Below are positions 1-12,972 of a DNA stretch of 64,000 bases, in pieces. How positions within the stretch are numbered: the first letter of the stretch is position 1; every line of letters starts with the position of its first letter. The stretch covers positions 172,050,001 to 172,114,000 of the forward strand of contig CM097885.1 of assembly GCA_044892525.1 (NCBI GenBank). The letters are read 5' to 3'. The translations under genes were made by a program, and so were the position numbers. The notes beneath the pieces were generated by a model. That model saw only the letters and a program-made list of their open reading frames with translations, searched no databases and was not told the DNA's origin. Source of the DNA: Schmidtea polychroa (lineage: Eukaryota).

Positions 1-616
1 TAATCATTCAAATAAAAGCATTAAAATCAAATACCAGTACCTTTATGATCAGTACCCTTGCGATATGTTGAATGTGAGTAGTACCCTTGTGAGCAATACC
101 CGTAGGGGGTCAAAAAGTCCTGTCGGATAAACTCAATATATATAAAAAAACGAATTAACCATTAAATTTATTATTGAATCAGTCAAATTATCACAAATTT
201 TGATAAAAAATCTTATTCTAAAATGGTAAGCAGAGTAAAATAGAAAGATAATATCACAGAGAAAAAACTAACAATGAAGGTGGTACGAATCTTCATTAAA
301 GTAAGGAAATTATTAATTACTCAATGATAAATTAAGAAATTCAAAAGAGCGAAAATAAGTGGTTGAATAATTCATTATTTGATGAAATGAAAATATATAC
401 TGAGAAGTGGCATAGATAATACGAAAGTGGATAAGAATGGAAATATATTAATTGCTTTTATTTAAAAATAGTTCAGAAAATTCATAATATTTAAAAAAAT
501 ATTTAGTACAATTTTAAAAGAAATAAATGTGGGGAAGATATAAGTGATAATAATTAGTGGAATATCGGGGAAAAATAACTGATTAATTTGTTGAAGGGAG
601 CTCATAACTACCTACT
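1..616. mobile_element. Putative right-hand end of a Polinton/Maverick-like element (minus-strand terminus AGTAGGTAGTTATGAGCTCCC), left part outside window
   Basis: Plus strand ...GGGAGCTCATAACTACCTACT ends at 616; it shares AACTACCTACT with the terminus at 7341 and resembles the start at 23022. It contains an inverted copy of the ~100-bp repeat found inside the 23022 element. Confidence 0.4.
32..144 (-). repeat. Inverted copy (R1) of the ~100-bp AAGGGTACT/palindrome repeat family
   Basis: Reverse complement reads TATATTGAGTTTATCCGACAGGAC...CCCCCTACGGGTATTGCTCACAAGGGTACTACTCACATTCAACATATCGCAAGGGTACT, matching copies at 24539, 25841, 27721 and 29525. Confidence 0.85.
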
Positions 617-910
617 ATATTGTATTTTATTTATCAGAATGTTTGGATTAGGAATGACGACCAGAACTATAAAAGTACTTGTGTTGTAATATAATATCTT
701 AATTAATATATTTAAATTATATTTTATTTTTATTTTAATTATTTTTTAATATTATTTTTAATTATTAATTTTATTTTAAATCTAATTTAATTAATTTGTA
801 ATTTTTTATATTTATTTCAAATTGTATTGACTAAAATAGAAAAAAAATATTTTTAATTTCTCAAATTCACAAGTTATATAAGTTTAAGGTAATCAAATAA
901 ATTGATAAAA

Positions 911-1684
911 ATGAACGACAAAGAAATCGAAAACGAATCCAGAATCTGTTATGAAAAATTCGGCACAAAAAACACTTGTATACTTTTACCATGCCATCAC
1001 AATTTCTGTTACAATTGTTTACATCGTTGGTTATCAGAACATGAGACTTGCCCATATGACAGAAGTATTGTAGAAAAAGTAGAATTTAACGATTTTACAA
1101 AATCCTGTATAATAAAGGAAACCACTAAAAGGTTTTCTCCCATTAGTTTGAAAGAAATACAAATTACGAATTTATTGTAAATTTTATCAAAGAAATTACA
1201 AAAAATAATTTACAACAAAATGTAAAATCTTTATCAAATTTATGGAAAAAGAATTATTTTGATGTTGTCAACTACCTATTCAACTGGAGTGAAATCGAAA
1301 AAGAACAATCAGAACTTTTAAGAAATATCGAAGAGTTTCTGACATGGGAAAATGAAAACCTCAAATCATTTGTGGAATATCTTAGAGATTTAAAACTAAT
1401 TTTAAACCGATTGTTTAAAATTTCAGAAATTAATCAAAATGTTATAAAAAACATTTTTCTACATTGGAAAGAAGAAAGTGTAATTTTCCCTTCAAAAAAA
1501 AGAAATAAAAACTTTTAATGACATCGTATTTTACACAACAAGACTATGCGACATATTGGAGAAAGACAAATATAAAATGTCAGAAAAGATTTATTATTTA
1601 ATTAGCAATTCTTACAATGTTTTGTCAAAAATTCTTATTTCTTTAAATTATTATAATAAATGGGAAAAAATATATTTTAATTAA
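911..1684 (+). pseudogene. Intronless RING-finger (C3H2C3/C3HC4-like) protein gene, ~257 aa when restored, two compensating frameshifts
   Basis: ATG at 911; RING motif ...CYEKF...CILLPCHHNFCYNCLHRWLSEHETCPYDR. An open frame continues at 1147-1518 (FERNTNYEFIVNF...) and returns to the original frame at ~1514-1684 (FNDIVFYTTRLC...KIYFN*). Confidence 0.7.
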
Positions 1685-2848
1685 ATTTTATTTTTATTTT
1701 CATTATTCTTTAATTATATTTTTTTATATTATTTTTTATTATTAATTATATTGTATTTTATTTATCAGAATGTTTGGAGTAAGAATAACAATCACAATTA
1801 TATATGTCTCAAGTGTTATAAAGTTTATTAGTTGACAAAGCAACTATTAAAGCAAAATCTTTCACATTGAAATACACAGGATTTAACCATAATTCATATC
1901 AGTATTGTTTTTTTACCAATAAGGTTTACTTTGTTCCACAATTCCGCATTGCATCCAAAACCCATTAATTGTACAGCATTAAAAACATTAAGAGGGTGCC
2001 GTCAAATAGAGATGACAATCGGTATTGGAAATCAAAAAACAAATCATAAAAACATGTCTGAATTTTAAATATTATTAAAAATTTTCAATCAGTATTGGAT
2101 TGTCTAATTTGTGAAGCTTTGTCGATAAAATAAAAAGAACTACTGAATAAACTTCACAATAAACTTTCACAATTCTTTTGTATGCGTTATGAAGGGGTTG
2201 CTCACTCAGGATTAATTAATTAAATTCCTAGCGTTAAAATTGATAATAATATCGTTGGTCACGATGAAATATAATTTTTCACTGTAAATATGTAACTCTA
2301 TGTAAATTTTTATGTTCAATACGGAATAATGTCAAAATAACTGTCAAATTAAAAAAAATATTTTTGAAACATTTAATAGGATTTCTGAAAATTTCCAGAA
2401 TCAAAAATTCAATTCAATCTTTTATTTATTTCTATAAAGGAAAATACGCATCTGTTACAATTGAAATTTTTTTTATTAATTAATGGAAAATCCTAAAATA
2501 ACACAATTCAAATGCCACAATGCGAGTGCAGATAAAGTTTTAGAAAGAAAATAAAATTTCAGAGAGCCACAAAAATAATATCATCACATAAAAGAAATAA
2601 TATTCAAACATGCTTCACTTTAAAAAATAGTTTATAATAAACAAATTACATAAACATGTCAACAATCGTAGTATTTAGCAAAACAAAAACAGTTTATAAA
2701 TATTGACTTTTGTTAATTATAACAATAACAAGAATAATATTGGTAAAATTATATGAATAAAAATTCATCTTCATTAATTATCATAATAAATAACTCTTAT
2801 GTGAGATAGCAAGATCTGTTCAACAAGTATGATCCAAATTTGTAAAAT

Positions 2849-5800
2849 TTAGACTTTATTTGCTGAATCGTCAGAAATATTATTCACTTTCGGATTTAAA
2901 CTGACAACTTCCGACGATTTTTCCGTGACGGATTTCAGCCAGTGCAATTTGTAACTGATAATTGCAAAAAGACAACCGATTGAAAACATGACTAGAAAAG
3001 TTATTAATATTGCAACAAATGTCCCAAGTGACATCGTGACAAGGGGCTTCTCAATTGGAATCATTGCAGTTTTGTTGATCATGTACCCTAAAGACCATCC
3101 GAGGTTGGCATTATTAATCTTAATGATTAATTTGGATTATCAAAAGATAAGAAATCAAATTGATCAAATGATTCTATGAATAATTAATTATTGAAATGGA
3201 AAGTTATCTCTCTCTCTCTCTCTAACATTTTTTTCTAATTTCACCACTGATTTCTTTCCATTGTATTTATTAAAAAGAGCTTAAAGACTATAAGTATATC
3301 AAATATTTCAAATAAATATATCAAAAACATCAATATACATATAAATAAAAACAATTTAGAATGTTGGCACAATTTTACATAAAAAGAAAAATGAGTAATT
3401 GCTGTATATAAATTATTGTCAAAATTTCACATTTAAAACAATGAATTTCAGTTGAAAAAGGCAGTGCCGAAAATTCGTGAGTATCAACAAACATCGATAT
3501 ATTACTGATTTATAGTCTTCAAACTCTCTTTTTAATTCAATGGATAAAATAATCAGTGGTGAAATTGGAATAAATAAAAGTTCTTATAATAATTAAATAA
3601 ATATTATCAAGATTTAAAAATTTAAATTCACATTATCATCAAAGATTTTGTAAAAAATTATTAATATGGTGTAATTGAATTATTAAAAATTATTTAACAA
3701 ATCTTAATAATAAACAATTAAATTTCACAAATTTCTTTCGTCATTCTTCCAAAATAAAAATGTATTTCGTTTATAAGCCTCAGAAATGTTTCCCAGTTTC
3801 ATTTAGAAAAAAATATTATCTTTAAAATAGGAATCTTTTTAAGATGGCGTATTTCATCACTTGTTTGTATGTTTCATTATTTTTTTCTATCATTTCTTGA
3901 ACTCTATAATAAATTGGCAGGTGTGTCTGCTAATGAATTTTCAGCACATATAAATCATTGATTAATTGTTAGTAGTTTTAATTATTGGTAGTTTTTATCA
4001 AATGCAACGCGGATGTATATTAAAAATAACAAAAACTTTAAAACTAGCATAAGTTCAAGCACACAACTGGATGTAACTTAATGATTGAAAAATAGTGTAC
4101 CTTTGATCGATTTTAATTAAATTTATCTTCATCTAGATTTCAACTATAAATCAATACTTTTTCCTAATTAACAAAAAATTTCAGAATTGAATTTTCGGTG
4201 CCAAAAATTTGTGTTGTCCAAAAAAAGCATTGATCTATAATCGAAATCTAAATGAAGATAAATGAAATTCTACATTTTTATATGAAATGTTCTTATTTTA
4301 TTTAAACAAACCAACTTACCGTGTTACTGAAGGTGATAGAATCCCAGTTCATATTATTAAATCCGAGATTATTAAGTAACTCAAATACATAAAGAAATCC
4401 AAAGCAACGCCATTTTCGCCAATTTTCTAATTCTTGTTCTTTCTGAGTAGTTGGAGTAAGCTAGACATATTTGATGCATTAAATAGTAACTGGAAAATTA
4501 TTTATAATTCTTACCACTTGTGGAGCATTTCGTGAGCAATAATCTTTTGATTTCAAAAGGAAATCATAATAATCTTTAGGGCTGGACTTGAAGAATTTAG
4601 TTAATTGTTTGTATACTAGAGCGTAACCGGCGAATGCCTACAAATTCGCATAATTTCCCAATAACGTTTTTTTTAAAAACGCCACTTACTATATATTTGC
4701 CAGTAATATTCGGTTGGTAAACATTGTTGAATCCGCAATTTTTATGTGCACAATTTGAACGACTGAAAAGTTTCTTGACTGCATTATGACATAGATCAGG
4801 ATCCCCTGTACCGATGTAAGTGACATTCAAAACTATCTTAAAAATTAAATGTAATAATACTAATATTATTATTTTATTAAAAATGAAATTAGCATTTACA
4901 TTTTTCATAAACTCTGGTAATTCAATACTGAATCCGAAATTCTGTTTAGAATAATTTCCAGATACGCAGGGAATGGTTATAATATCTTGTAAAATGTATG
5001 AGGCGCTATCTCCCTTTAGCATACATGGATTGTTTATGGTTGATAATGGTTGATTTGATTTGTAATTGGCTATCCATGTCTTTTAAAACGGCTTAGGATA
5101 ACATCAGTTTTTTAATTAGAACCATACCTGTGACAATAAGGCCAAAAATCGGAACTCAGCTTGACTTTTCCCATAACAAAGATAACTATGACTGTAAACA
5201 TTGTAATTCTCACCATAAAGGCGAACCAGGTTGTTTCCAAAATCAATTGTTTTATTGGTTACAAACGTTATCTGAGTACTTGCCCCTCCGAGATCTAAAG
5301 CACCAAATGTTTCTTTCTTTTTTGTAAATACAGATGTTACTTTATCATCCTAAAATAAACAATAACAATTCTTTCCTGAAAATCTTTGTTTTAAAACTTA
5401 TCTTTTATCGCCTTTAATATGACATTTTACCATTTTCTCTAGAGATTTTAAATTAATAAATTTTAAATAAATCGGCTATATTAAATAAAATGATCTATTC
5501 AAAAAACGTGGAGATAAAAAGAGTAGGTACTCAAATAATTATTTTATACAACAATTCAAATCTAATCTTTATTGAAGTAAAATTTCTAAAAAAACAACAC
5601 CATTTAACCATTTCTCAGACTTTTCTCGCTCGCGCACACCTGCCTAAAAACCAAAGATTTTTACAAATTTATTGATTTTCCAATGATATATAAAAAAGCT
5701 ACTTTTTAGTCTATACTAATTAAATATGAATACGAGAGATTTTAAATTCTAATAAAAGTGCAAAATTAAAAAAATTGGTAGTTCTTTATAAATAAATTTT

Positions 5801-8800
5801 TATTTTTTGTGTACTATTTGGAAAATTTTTTGTAATTTTAATCCACAGAAGCGACTTTTTTATTGTAAAAAGCTTGATATAGTTTTTGTAAATTTTTTTT
5901 ATTACCAACTTTTTTGGGGAAAAGTCTCGCGGCACACCGTTTGAGAAACACTGATTTAACGTATCCGTTTTAAAACGATTTCTAATTTTGGTCATAAGGG
6001 GGGTCAAAAATTTATTAATGAAAATATAACAACATCACAATAAATATGCCAGGCTAAATACAGTAGGCAACCTAATGTATGGGGTGTTGAATAAGCTTGT
6101 ATTCACTTGTTCACTATTTTACCGAAGTTGGTTGAATGGTCAATAGGGCTGGATAAAGATTTTCCAATTGTTTACTTTTTTGACCTGTTTCTTTTACAAT
6201 CTTAAAACCTTTTTTGAAGTTAAACGACGTATTTGGTTTTGGAACCATCAAAAAGTAATCAATTGTTTTTTTGCATTTTCCGAAATTCAGATTCAGGTCC
6301 AAATTCACCAGATGCTTCTTCAACATTTAATACTTCTTGTTGTGACTTAAAAAATTATTCCATTTAAATTTTAATTAAAAATTTTCATTTCTCAAAAAAT
6401 TTGTGGTTATTCAATGTTTTTGTTAATAAATTGAAAAATCTTACTTTAATTTACATATTACATTAATTTACTTTAATTTACTTAATTTAAAAATATTACT
6501 TTAACTTTAAAATTATAGACCATTGATTACTTAGTTAAAAAATTTGAACCTTAATTTACCTATTTTTCCTTGTATTACTTAATTTAAAATTTTACACCAT
6601 AATTTACATATTTAACCAATAATTTCATGTGGTCATTGAATAATTCACAAAGATTTGCATCTAAAATTAACATTGAAAAATATATAAAAATTTCCATTAA
6701 CAATTTACTTTGAAAAATATTTCATAAAAATTTCATTTCTCAAAAAAAGTTGGTGGTTATTCAATCTTTTGATAATAAATTTAAAAAAGTTTACTTTAAT
6801 TTACTTATTTAACTTTAATTTAAAATTTTTGACCAATGATTATTTAATTTAAAAATTTGAACCTTAATTTACTTTAAATTTTAAAATTTGGGCCGTAATT
6901 TACTTATTTGAACCTATTGATTACTTTAATTTACAAATTTAGACCTTAATTTACTTTAATTTTAAAATCTGATCCTTAATTTATTTATTTGAGCATTTAA
7001 TTTACTTTAATTTTAAATTTGAGCCCATATTTTACTATAATTCAATTTTTATACCCATAATTTTTATACCCAATTTTTACACCCCTCACTATAGTCAGAA
7101 AATTCTATGCTTTTTAGTATAGACCCTTTTTTGTATTGAAATTCTCAGGTTCCATCGAGAGTATAGTCAGAGTATGCTGAGTATAGTCAGAGAAATCCTG
7201 GCTTTTTTCTATAGGCCTCTTTATTTGTATTGTAAAAAATATGAGTGGACCACTGCAGCAATTACGTAATCAAAAAAACAAACAAAAAACGAGTCGCAGT
7301 AATTTTTTTTGATTGCTGCAGGGGGCCACTAACTACCTACTATCAAAGCCTTTTCGCATAATCTTCTTCATTTGGAATTTTGTCATATTTGTTATGGCAA
7401 TTTTCGTCCAAATAAGCTCGAACCTTTCTTTGACTATTGTCTAGCTGAATAATTGAAAAGTATGCTTCAATATTCTCAATAAATTCTTCCAAATCGTCTC
7501 CAATTAAATCGATTTTCAGCTGTGGCAGAATCCGTAATAATTCCTGAGTGGGAAGCGTGGTCACATTGTAAAGAATAAGAATAACTTGAGAAATTCCAAA
7601 AACTTTATTTAGGAAATTGTTTTAATATTTATTGTACCGGTGTGCCGACACCAACACAATCACCAATAGCTTATTGGAAAATAATAAACAGTGACATAAA
7701 CAGACAATCAAAAATAATCAATCACACATGCAGGCATTACATAATATGGAGTAGAGGTTAGGGAAATCAAATANNNNNNNNNNNNNNNNNNNNNNNNNNN
7801 NNNNNNNNNNNNNNNNNNNNNNNNNNNNNNNNNNNNNNNNNNNNNNNNNNNNNNNNNNNNNNNNNNNNNNNNNNNNNNNNNNNNNNNNNNNNNNNNNNNN
7901 NGGTAGCAGCATTAATTAAATTTTTTACAATTAAATGTTGATTTAAGCCTTTTGCTACGAATAATACATCGGCCTATCAAAAGTATCCAGACAGGCAGTT
8001 ATTTACATATTGCAATTTATAATGAACGTCTGCAGTGCAAATATGAACAGCAACGGGAATATAGGTCACCAACACCTTCAACATGCTGCATGCGCACGTG
8101 TACACACGCACGCACTTACATATACAGAATATGACTACTCACACCAGACACACAATAGTGAGTCATCTTAATGAAAGATTGTCATTTTCTGAGAATATAT
8201 CTTCTCGGAAAGAGCTTACATACTTTCAGAAAGGCATTATTTTATGGATGTTACCTTTGTGGAGAAAGTCAGAGCGAAACTGCTGCATTGACTGGCCATC
8301 CCAAAGGAATTATTAACTACTTCCTGGGAAGTACCGCCAGGAGCAGACACATGTAAAGTAACGTTCAGGCCGCCCTAGACTTCTGAGCATCCCTACACAG
8401 CGGCAGCTGAAACGACTTGTGGTGACTCATCGTCGGTTTCCCCTGTCCAATTTAGTGTCCACATTTAACACTGGCCAATCCACCATTTTCACCAATCGTC
8501 GCATTTTCATGGTTTCTATGGCAGATACTGCGCAAGAAAGCCTTAAATTACAGAAACAATTCGTCGTCGTCGCTTGAAATGGTGCCGGGAGAGAAAGAGT
8601 TGGACAGCAGAACAATGGCGCTCAGTCATTTGGAGTGATGAATCACGTATTACTCTTTTCAAATCTGATGGACAGCAATTCTGCTAGCGTCGTGTAGGAG
8701 AACGACTGCATTCAGCCAACTGTGAAATATGGAGGATGATCCATCATGTTTTGGAGTCTTTGGATTGGGGTTCACAAAGCCCTGCTCTGAATCCTATTAA

Positions 8801-10878
8801 GTTTCTGTGGGACGTCCTTGGTAGACGAGTTCGCAAAAGGATTCACATTGCCCGTAACGCCTCCGAACTGGAAATGCATCTGCATGAGGAATTGTCACAC
8901 ATCTCCCCTGATTTCCTGGCAAAAGTGGTCAAGTGCGCCTTGTTATAAGTACTAAATTTCTCAGCACTACAGACATTCAGTATTCGTGTGTGTTTGTGAA
9001 ATTTGTTCCCATTGCTGTTCATTATAGACTGCAATATGTAAATAACTGCCTGACTAGAGACTTAAGGTGGGCCGAGGTATATTTAATAAAAATGAAAAAA
9101 ATTTCGACTATAACAAATTGACATTTAATTGTTTAAAATAGTAAAAATGATAATAATAATAATACTAATTAAGAACGCGATTGCAGCGGTCTATCAAGGC
9201 GAAAAAGTATTAAAATGAAATTAGCATGATGCACCATGTCAGTGCTCTTATGCAGTTGTTACCATTGTAAATACGACCTAGTTCATTTAAATTTGATTCA
9301 GGCATACCTTTTAAAGTACCCTTAAACTGATCTTTTTATTTTTTTGATGTGAGCTACATAATTTTATAAGTATCTACTTTATATAAATTATAATTGATCT
9401 CTTTTACCGTAAATTGACTCTTTCACCACGGTAGGTTATCAATGGCCTACATTTTTTAATCTAGAATTTACTTACAGTTGACAGGGACTCATAAGATTTT
9501 AGTAAATAATATTAAGTTTTAATTATGCTTAAAGCATAGAGAGCTTCGTTCTTGGGTGGTTATTATATATCAACTATAATGAAGAATCAAAAATCGATTT
9601 TAACTAAAAAATATAAAATATTCTGTATAATAATAAAAATTAACGGTAGACTAACATGATTTTCAACATTCAAATGAAAAATTAAAGTGGTAATTAATTA
9701 CTTGTAAAGTTTTTTTCAGATAATTAGTGGTAATCCAAGCTGCGAGACCTTCAACGGATCCACTTATGACTTTAACATCACGCAGTCCATCTTTCATTTT
9801 CAATCCTGTTGTTAAAAGAAAGCGTTCGACAGCTTCAAAAATTAATCTCATCGCTTTGGGACTTCTGTATCTATAAAAAAATATTTTTATCCAATACAAC
9901 TACTTACAAATTGTGAGTAAGGCATACTCATAAAATAATTTTAAATTCAAATTTATTTACTCAATTATTCTCATTCCAGCCGTTGCACCTAGATAAACAA
10001 AAGATTTTGTTCTTAAACGCTGTGGAATTAGTGGCATCATTTCATCATTCAAACACATTTCGATGCCATCAACTGATCCACTAGGGTCATTCATAAAATC
10101 TGATATTCCTGGAGCTAAAAGGGGAAATCTTAGGATAAAAGTTTTATATAAAAAATAAAATGAATTATTTATACATTGAAAAATTAAAATTACAAATTCA
10201 AATATTTAACGTTCACTTTACTCAAATTGTGTTAAAATTAATTAGTTGCTTTTACAACTTTGAGCTAATTTGGATTTTATCTGTACAATCTAAGAAACTC
10301 GATTCTATCCGGAATTAAATCCAATGATTTGCAATCAGGTTCAAGAACAGCATAATTGTAATATTAAATGTGGCTTTTTTCATTTCGATCATGTAAAACA
10401 ACAGTTTGAACATGTCGGGTAGGAGATTCTAATTTTTAAATTTAATTTTTTTAAATATTACATTTTTAAATCTTTATTTCTTTCAGAATATATAAATATA
10501 AATATTGACCAATAACCTGAAACGGGTGGAGATAAATTGAATAGTATATTTAGGCAAAAAAAAATATTTTACCAGATTTGCACATTTTCACTTGACTGAC
10601 TTCACCATTCGTTCTGGAAGCAATTTCTGGCCATTTAAAGAGGAACATTTTTGTGGACGTTGAACCGGCATCAATGATAATTCCATACTAAATTATAATA
10701 GAAAATAATTATGATTTCCCTAAAAACAGAAATAACAAACGGAATAAATCAACTGATTTGCAAAATACCAAAGAACACTGATTATAATAATACCACAAAT
10801 TGATAGAGTAAGAAATGCAATTGTCATGGAATACCATGCTGGGTTTGGAATATCTTTTAATTTTTCTAACTTTTTCAT
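2849..10878 (-). CDS. ENTPD: Ectonucleoside triphosphate diphosphohydrolase (NTPDase/apyrase, GDA1/CD39 family), two-TM type, ~552 aa, 10 coding exons
   Basis: Exons (minus): 10878-10741, 10687-10573, 10114-9961, 9870-9702, 5349-5128, 5079-4900, 4836-4690, 4637-4515, 4460-4320, 3118-2849; 1659 nt, all GT-AG and in phase. Apyrase conserved regions: [52 protein letters not shown]- and C-terminal hydrophobic helices present. An AG acceptor just upstream of the ATG suggests a further 5' exon. Paralog not assignable. Confidence 0.93.
3225..3300 (-). repeat. Truncated inverted copy of the hammerhead-associated ~150-bp repeat (no ribozyme head)
   Basis: TCACCACTGATTTCTTTCCATTGTATTTATTAAAAAGAGC..AAGACTATAA is the reverse complement of the repeat body at 3500-3575. 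Confidence 0.7.
3447..3482 (+). ncRNA. Minimal type-I hammerhead-ribozyme-like motif (U3-A8 variant) heading a repeat that extends to ~3595
   Basis: TTCAG-TTGAAAA-A-GGCAGTGCC-GAAA-ATTC-GTGAG; core intact, one mismatch at the base of stem I. Confidence 0.55.
5570..6360 (-). mobile_element. hAT transposase C-terminal (dimerisation domain) remnant, interrupted by insertions
   Basis: Minus-strand pieces [25 protein letters not shown] ... [15 protein letters not shown] | [10 protein letters not shown], resembling the hAT L..ALL.I.PTSV.SER.FS...TK.R.RL...TL..L.FL pattern. Confidence 0.6.
5610..5953. mobile_element. hAT-type MITE inserted in the hAT remnant
   Basis: Right end ...CGGCACACCGTTTGAGAAACACTG (rc CAGTGTTTCTCAAAC) followed by ATTTAACG; eroded left end (A)TTTCTCAGACTTTT preceded by ATTTAACC (7/8 TSD match). 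Removing it rejoins the transposase frame TLN|GVVFL. Confidence 0.6.
6360..7341. mobile_element. Putative Polinton/Maverick-like terminal segment with AT-rich tandem repeats
   Basis: Minus-strand terminus AGTAGGTAGTTAGTGGCCCCCTGCAGCAATC at 7341, a sub-terminal hairpin (CTGCAGCAAT...ATTGCTGCAG), GAGTATAGTCAG repeats, TTAATTTAC-type short repeats and a ~350-bp internal duplication (about 6365-6700 vs 6720-7060). Confidence 0.45.
7343..7773 (-). mobile_element. 5' fragment of an LTR retrotransposon (gag N-terminus plus leader), truncated next to the 7341 terminus
   Basis: ORF 7343-7564 [30 protein letters not shown] resembles Ty3/Gypsy gag N-termini; upstream TTGGTG leader; runs into an N gap. 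Confidence 0.45.
7774..7901. other. Assembly gap (others: 25431-25572, 35548-35699, 36836-37114, 37494-37625, 38339-38470, 46385-46601, 52456-52672)
   Basis: Runs of N. Confidence 0.99.
7992..9052 (+). mobile_element. Tc1-family DNA transposon, internally deleted and degenerate
   Basis: 36-bp TIRs CAGGCAGTTATTTACATATTGCA(A/G)T(T/C)TATAATGAAC (2 mismatches); fragments RSGRPRLL and [23 protein letters not shown] (Tc1 WPSQSPDLNPIE motif). TA target duplication not preserved. Confidence 0.88.
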
Positions 10879-12972
10879 TGATTCAAAATTTATTTCTAAA
10901 AAATTTTAAATTAAATAAGAAATTATATAATTAAAAAAATATTTTTCTTTGTTATAAAATAAATAAGTCGTTATAAATGAAAGTCCAATTTTGAAAAAAA
11001 TATATTAAAATTAAAATTAAACTTCTTTGCATATTTCTAATAAAAAAGTCGATTCAGCAAAATGTCCCCATGAATTGAACAAAAAAGATTTTCATTATAC
11101 CACAATAATAAAATGAGTTTGTATTATTTTTAAATATTGTAAAATGCAAAACTTCAAATATTTTGATATGGAAAAATGAACTTAAACCACTTTCATTTAG
11201 AACGGCTCAGATAATAATTAGTTAATTAACGTATTTGCCAGAATATAAGACGAGTTCCTATTTTACCAGAAATATATAAAAAAAAACTTTTTTTTCTATA
11301 TCTAATCATGCACAAAATTCCCTATAATCGGAAGATCAGAATATAGGACGACTCTATTTTAATGATATTTCTGGAGGGAAAACCTTCCCTTATATTCAGG
11401 TTAATGCGGTACACATAAATATCAAATCAATGAAATTTCAATAAAATTTTTAAAAAATTAAAAATAAGTTTCAACTTGAATATAAAATACGTTTTCAAGT
11501 CAAATAATTTAAATTAAAACTAATTTAGCATTTAAATCGCTGTTTCAAAAAATTAATAATAAGACAAAAAATTTTTTTTGTATATTTTATGGTTGTTTGA
11601 AGAAACACTTTCCGCAATTTATTTCACTACATAATAAATAATAAATATTTACTTTTGGTATTTTAACTATATTTTAATAAATACAATGGAAATGACACCA
11701 TTAGTGAAATTTGAAAAAAAAGTTCTTATGTATAGTTATATATATATAAACAAGGCGATTGACAAGGTTAACGAGTATTAATTCGTTAATTTGAAAAATA
11801 TTATAAAATTGAAAATAATAAAAAAATATTAGATTTCCTTATTGCTTCCATCAAAGTATTGAACTAACCAAATTAGGCATCACTTGATATTTAATAATCA
11901 TACAATTTTTTTATTTAAATTAAATTAATTTATTTATCCATGAAAATGAAGATAAAATATAATTTTAATATAATAATAAATTCTCTATAAATTTAGATAT
12001 TTCATAGTTATTTAATGCTCGTCTTTATGAAGCCACAAATTTCTGATTCTTCATGAAAAAAATGGAATTCATTTAGAATAAAAAACAAATAAGAACAAGC
12101 CATTATTTCCAAATTATTGCATTCACAGCACATTTAACATGTCTTGACAAAAAAAAACTGACAAATGTTTTAAATAAATTCCACTTGACATTTTATGGTT
12201 TTACTGGTCGTTCAAGATTTTCATTACTTCAGAGTCAAATATAAAATTGTTAAAAACTGATTTTATTTATTATATTTACTTTCTAAATTTCCATAATTTA
12301 TTTTCGGATAATTCCGTCATATTATTAGATGATATTTAAAGAAACGCAGATTTTTCTATGATGAATAAAATTCAGGACATTAAAATTTTTGAACTTTTCC
12401 AGAATTATGTATATATGATACACGCATTTTACAATTCAATAACTAAAATTAATTTAATAATAATAATAATAAAATTTATCCTAATAATACAGTCAAGTTT
12501 CCTATAGCGCGACGCGTTCTTCTTAGTAAATATATCGTTGGCAACACTTATACGATGTTTTGAATTTAAATATTTGTCTGTACGTAGTAGGCATTTAGAG
12601 GGGATTTCCCTTTTTCTGAATTTCAATTACGTATTAGGCAATTAAAAATCAATAAATCATTCCTTTTAATTTATTTATCACAACCTGATGATGTATTTTG
12701 AGAATGCAGTTTTTTATATAGTTTTATTTGAGTACAATTTATTTATTTCTAAGATTCTATACAACTCGGTACGAATTCATTCAATTTATATTAGTTCTCA
12801 GTTCCAATGACAGTTGTTACCAAATAACGCGATGTAAGTTAATATGATTTGTCTTATTTCTATGTTTCTCATAACGCGATCTCTATAAAATGTATCTTTT
12901 TACAATCTTTCTTATAACACTATTTTCATATAAGGTGGTACGAATTAATCGCGTTGTATGAGTTTTATTTAA

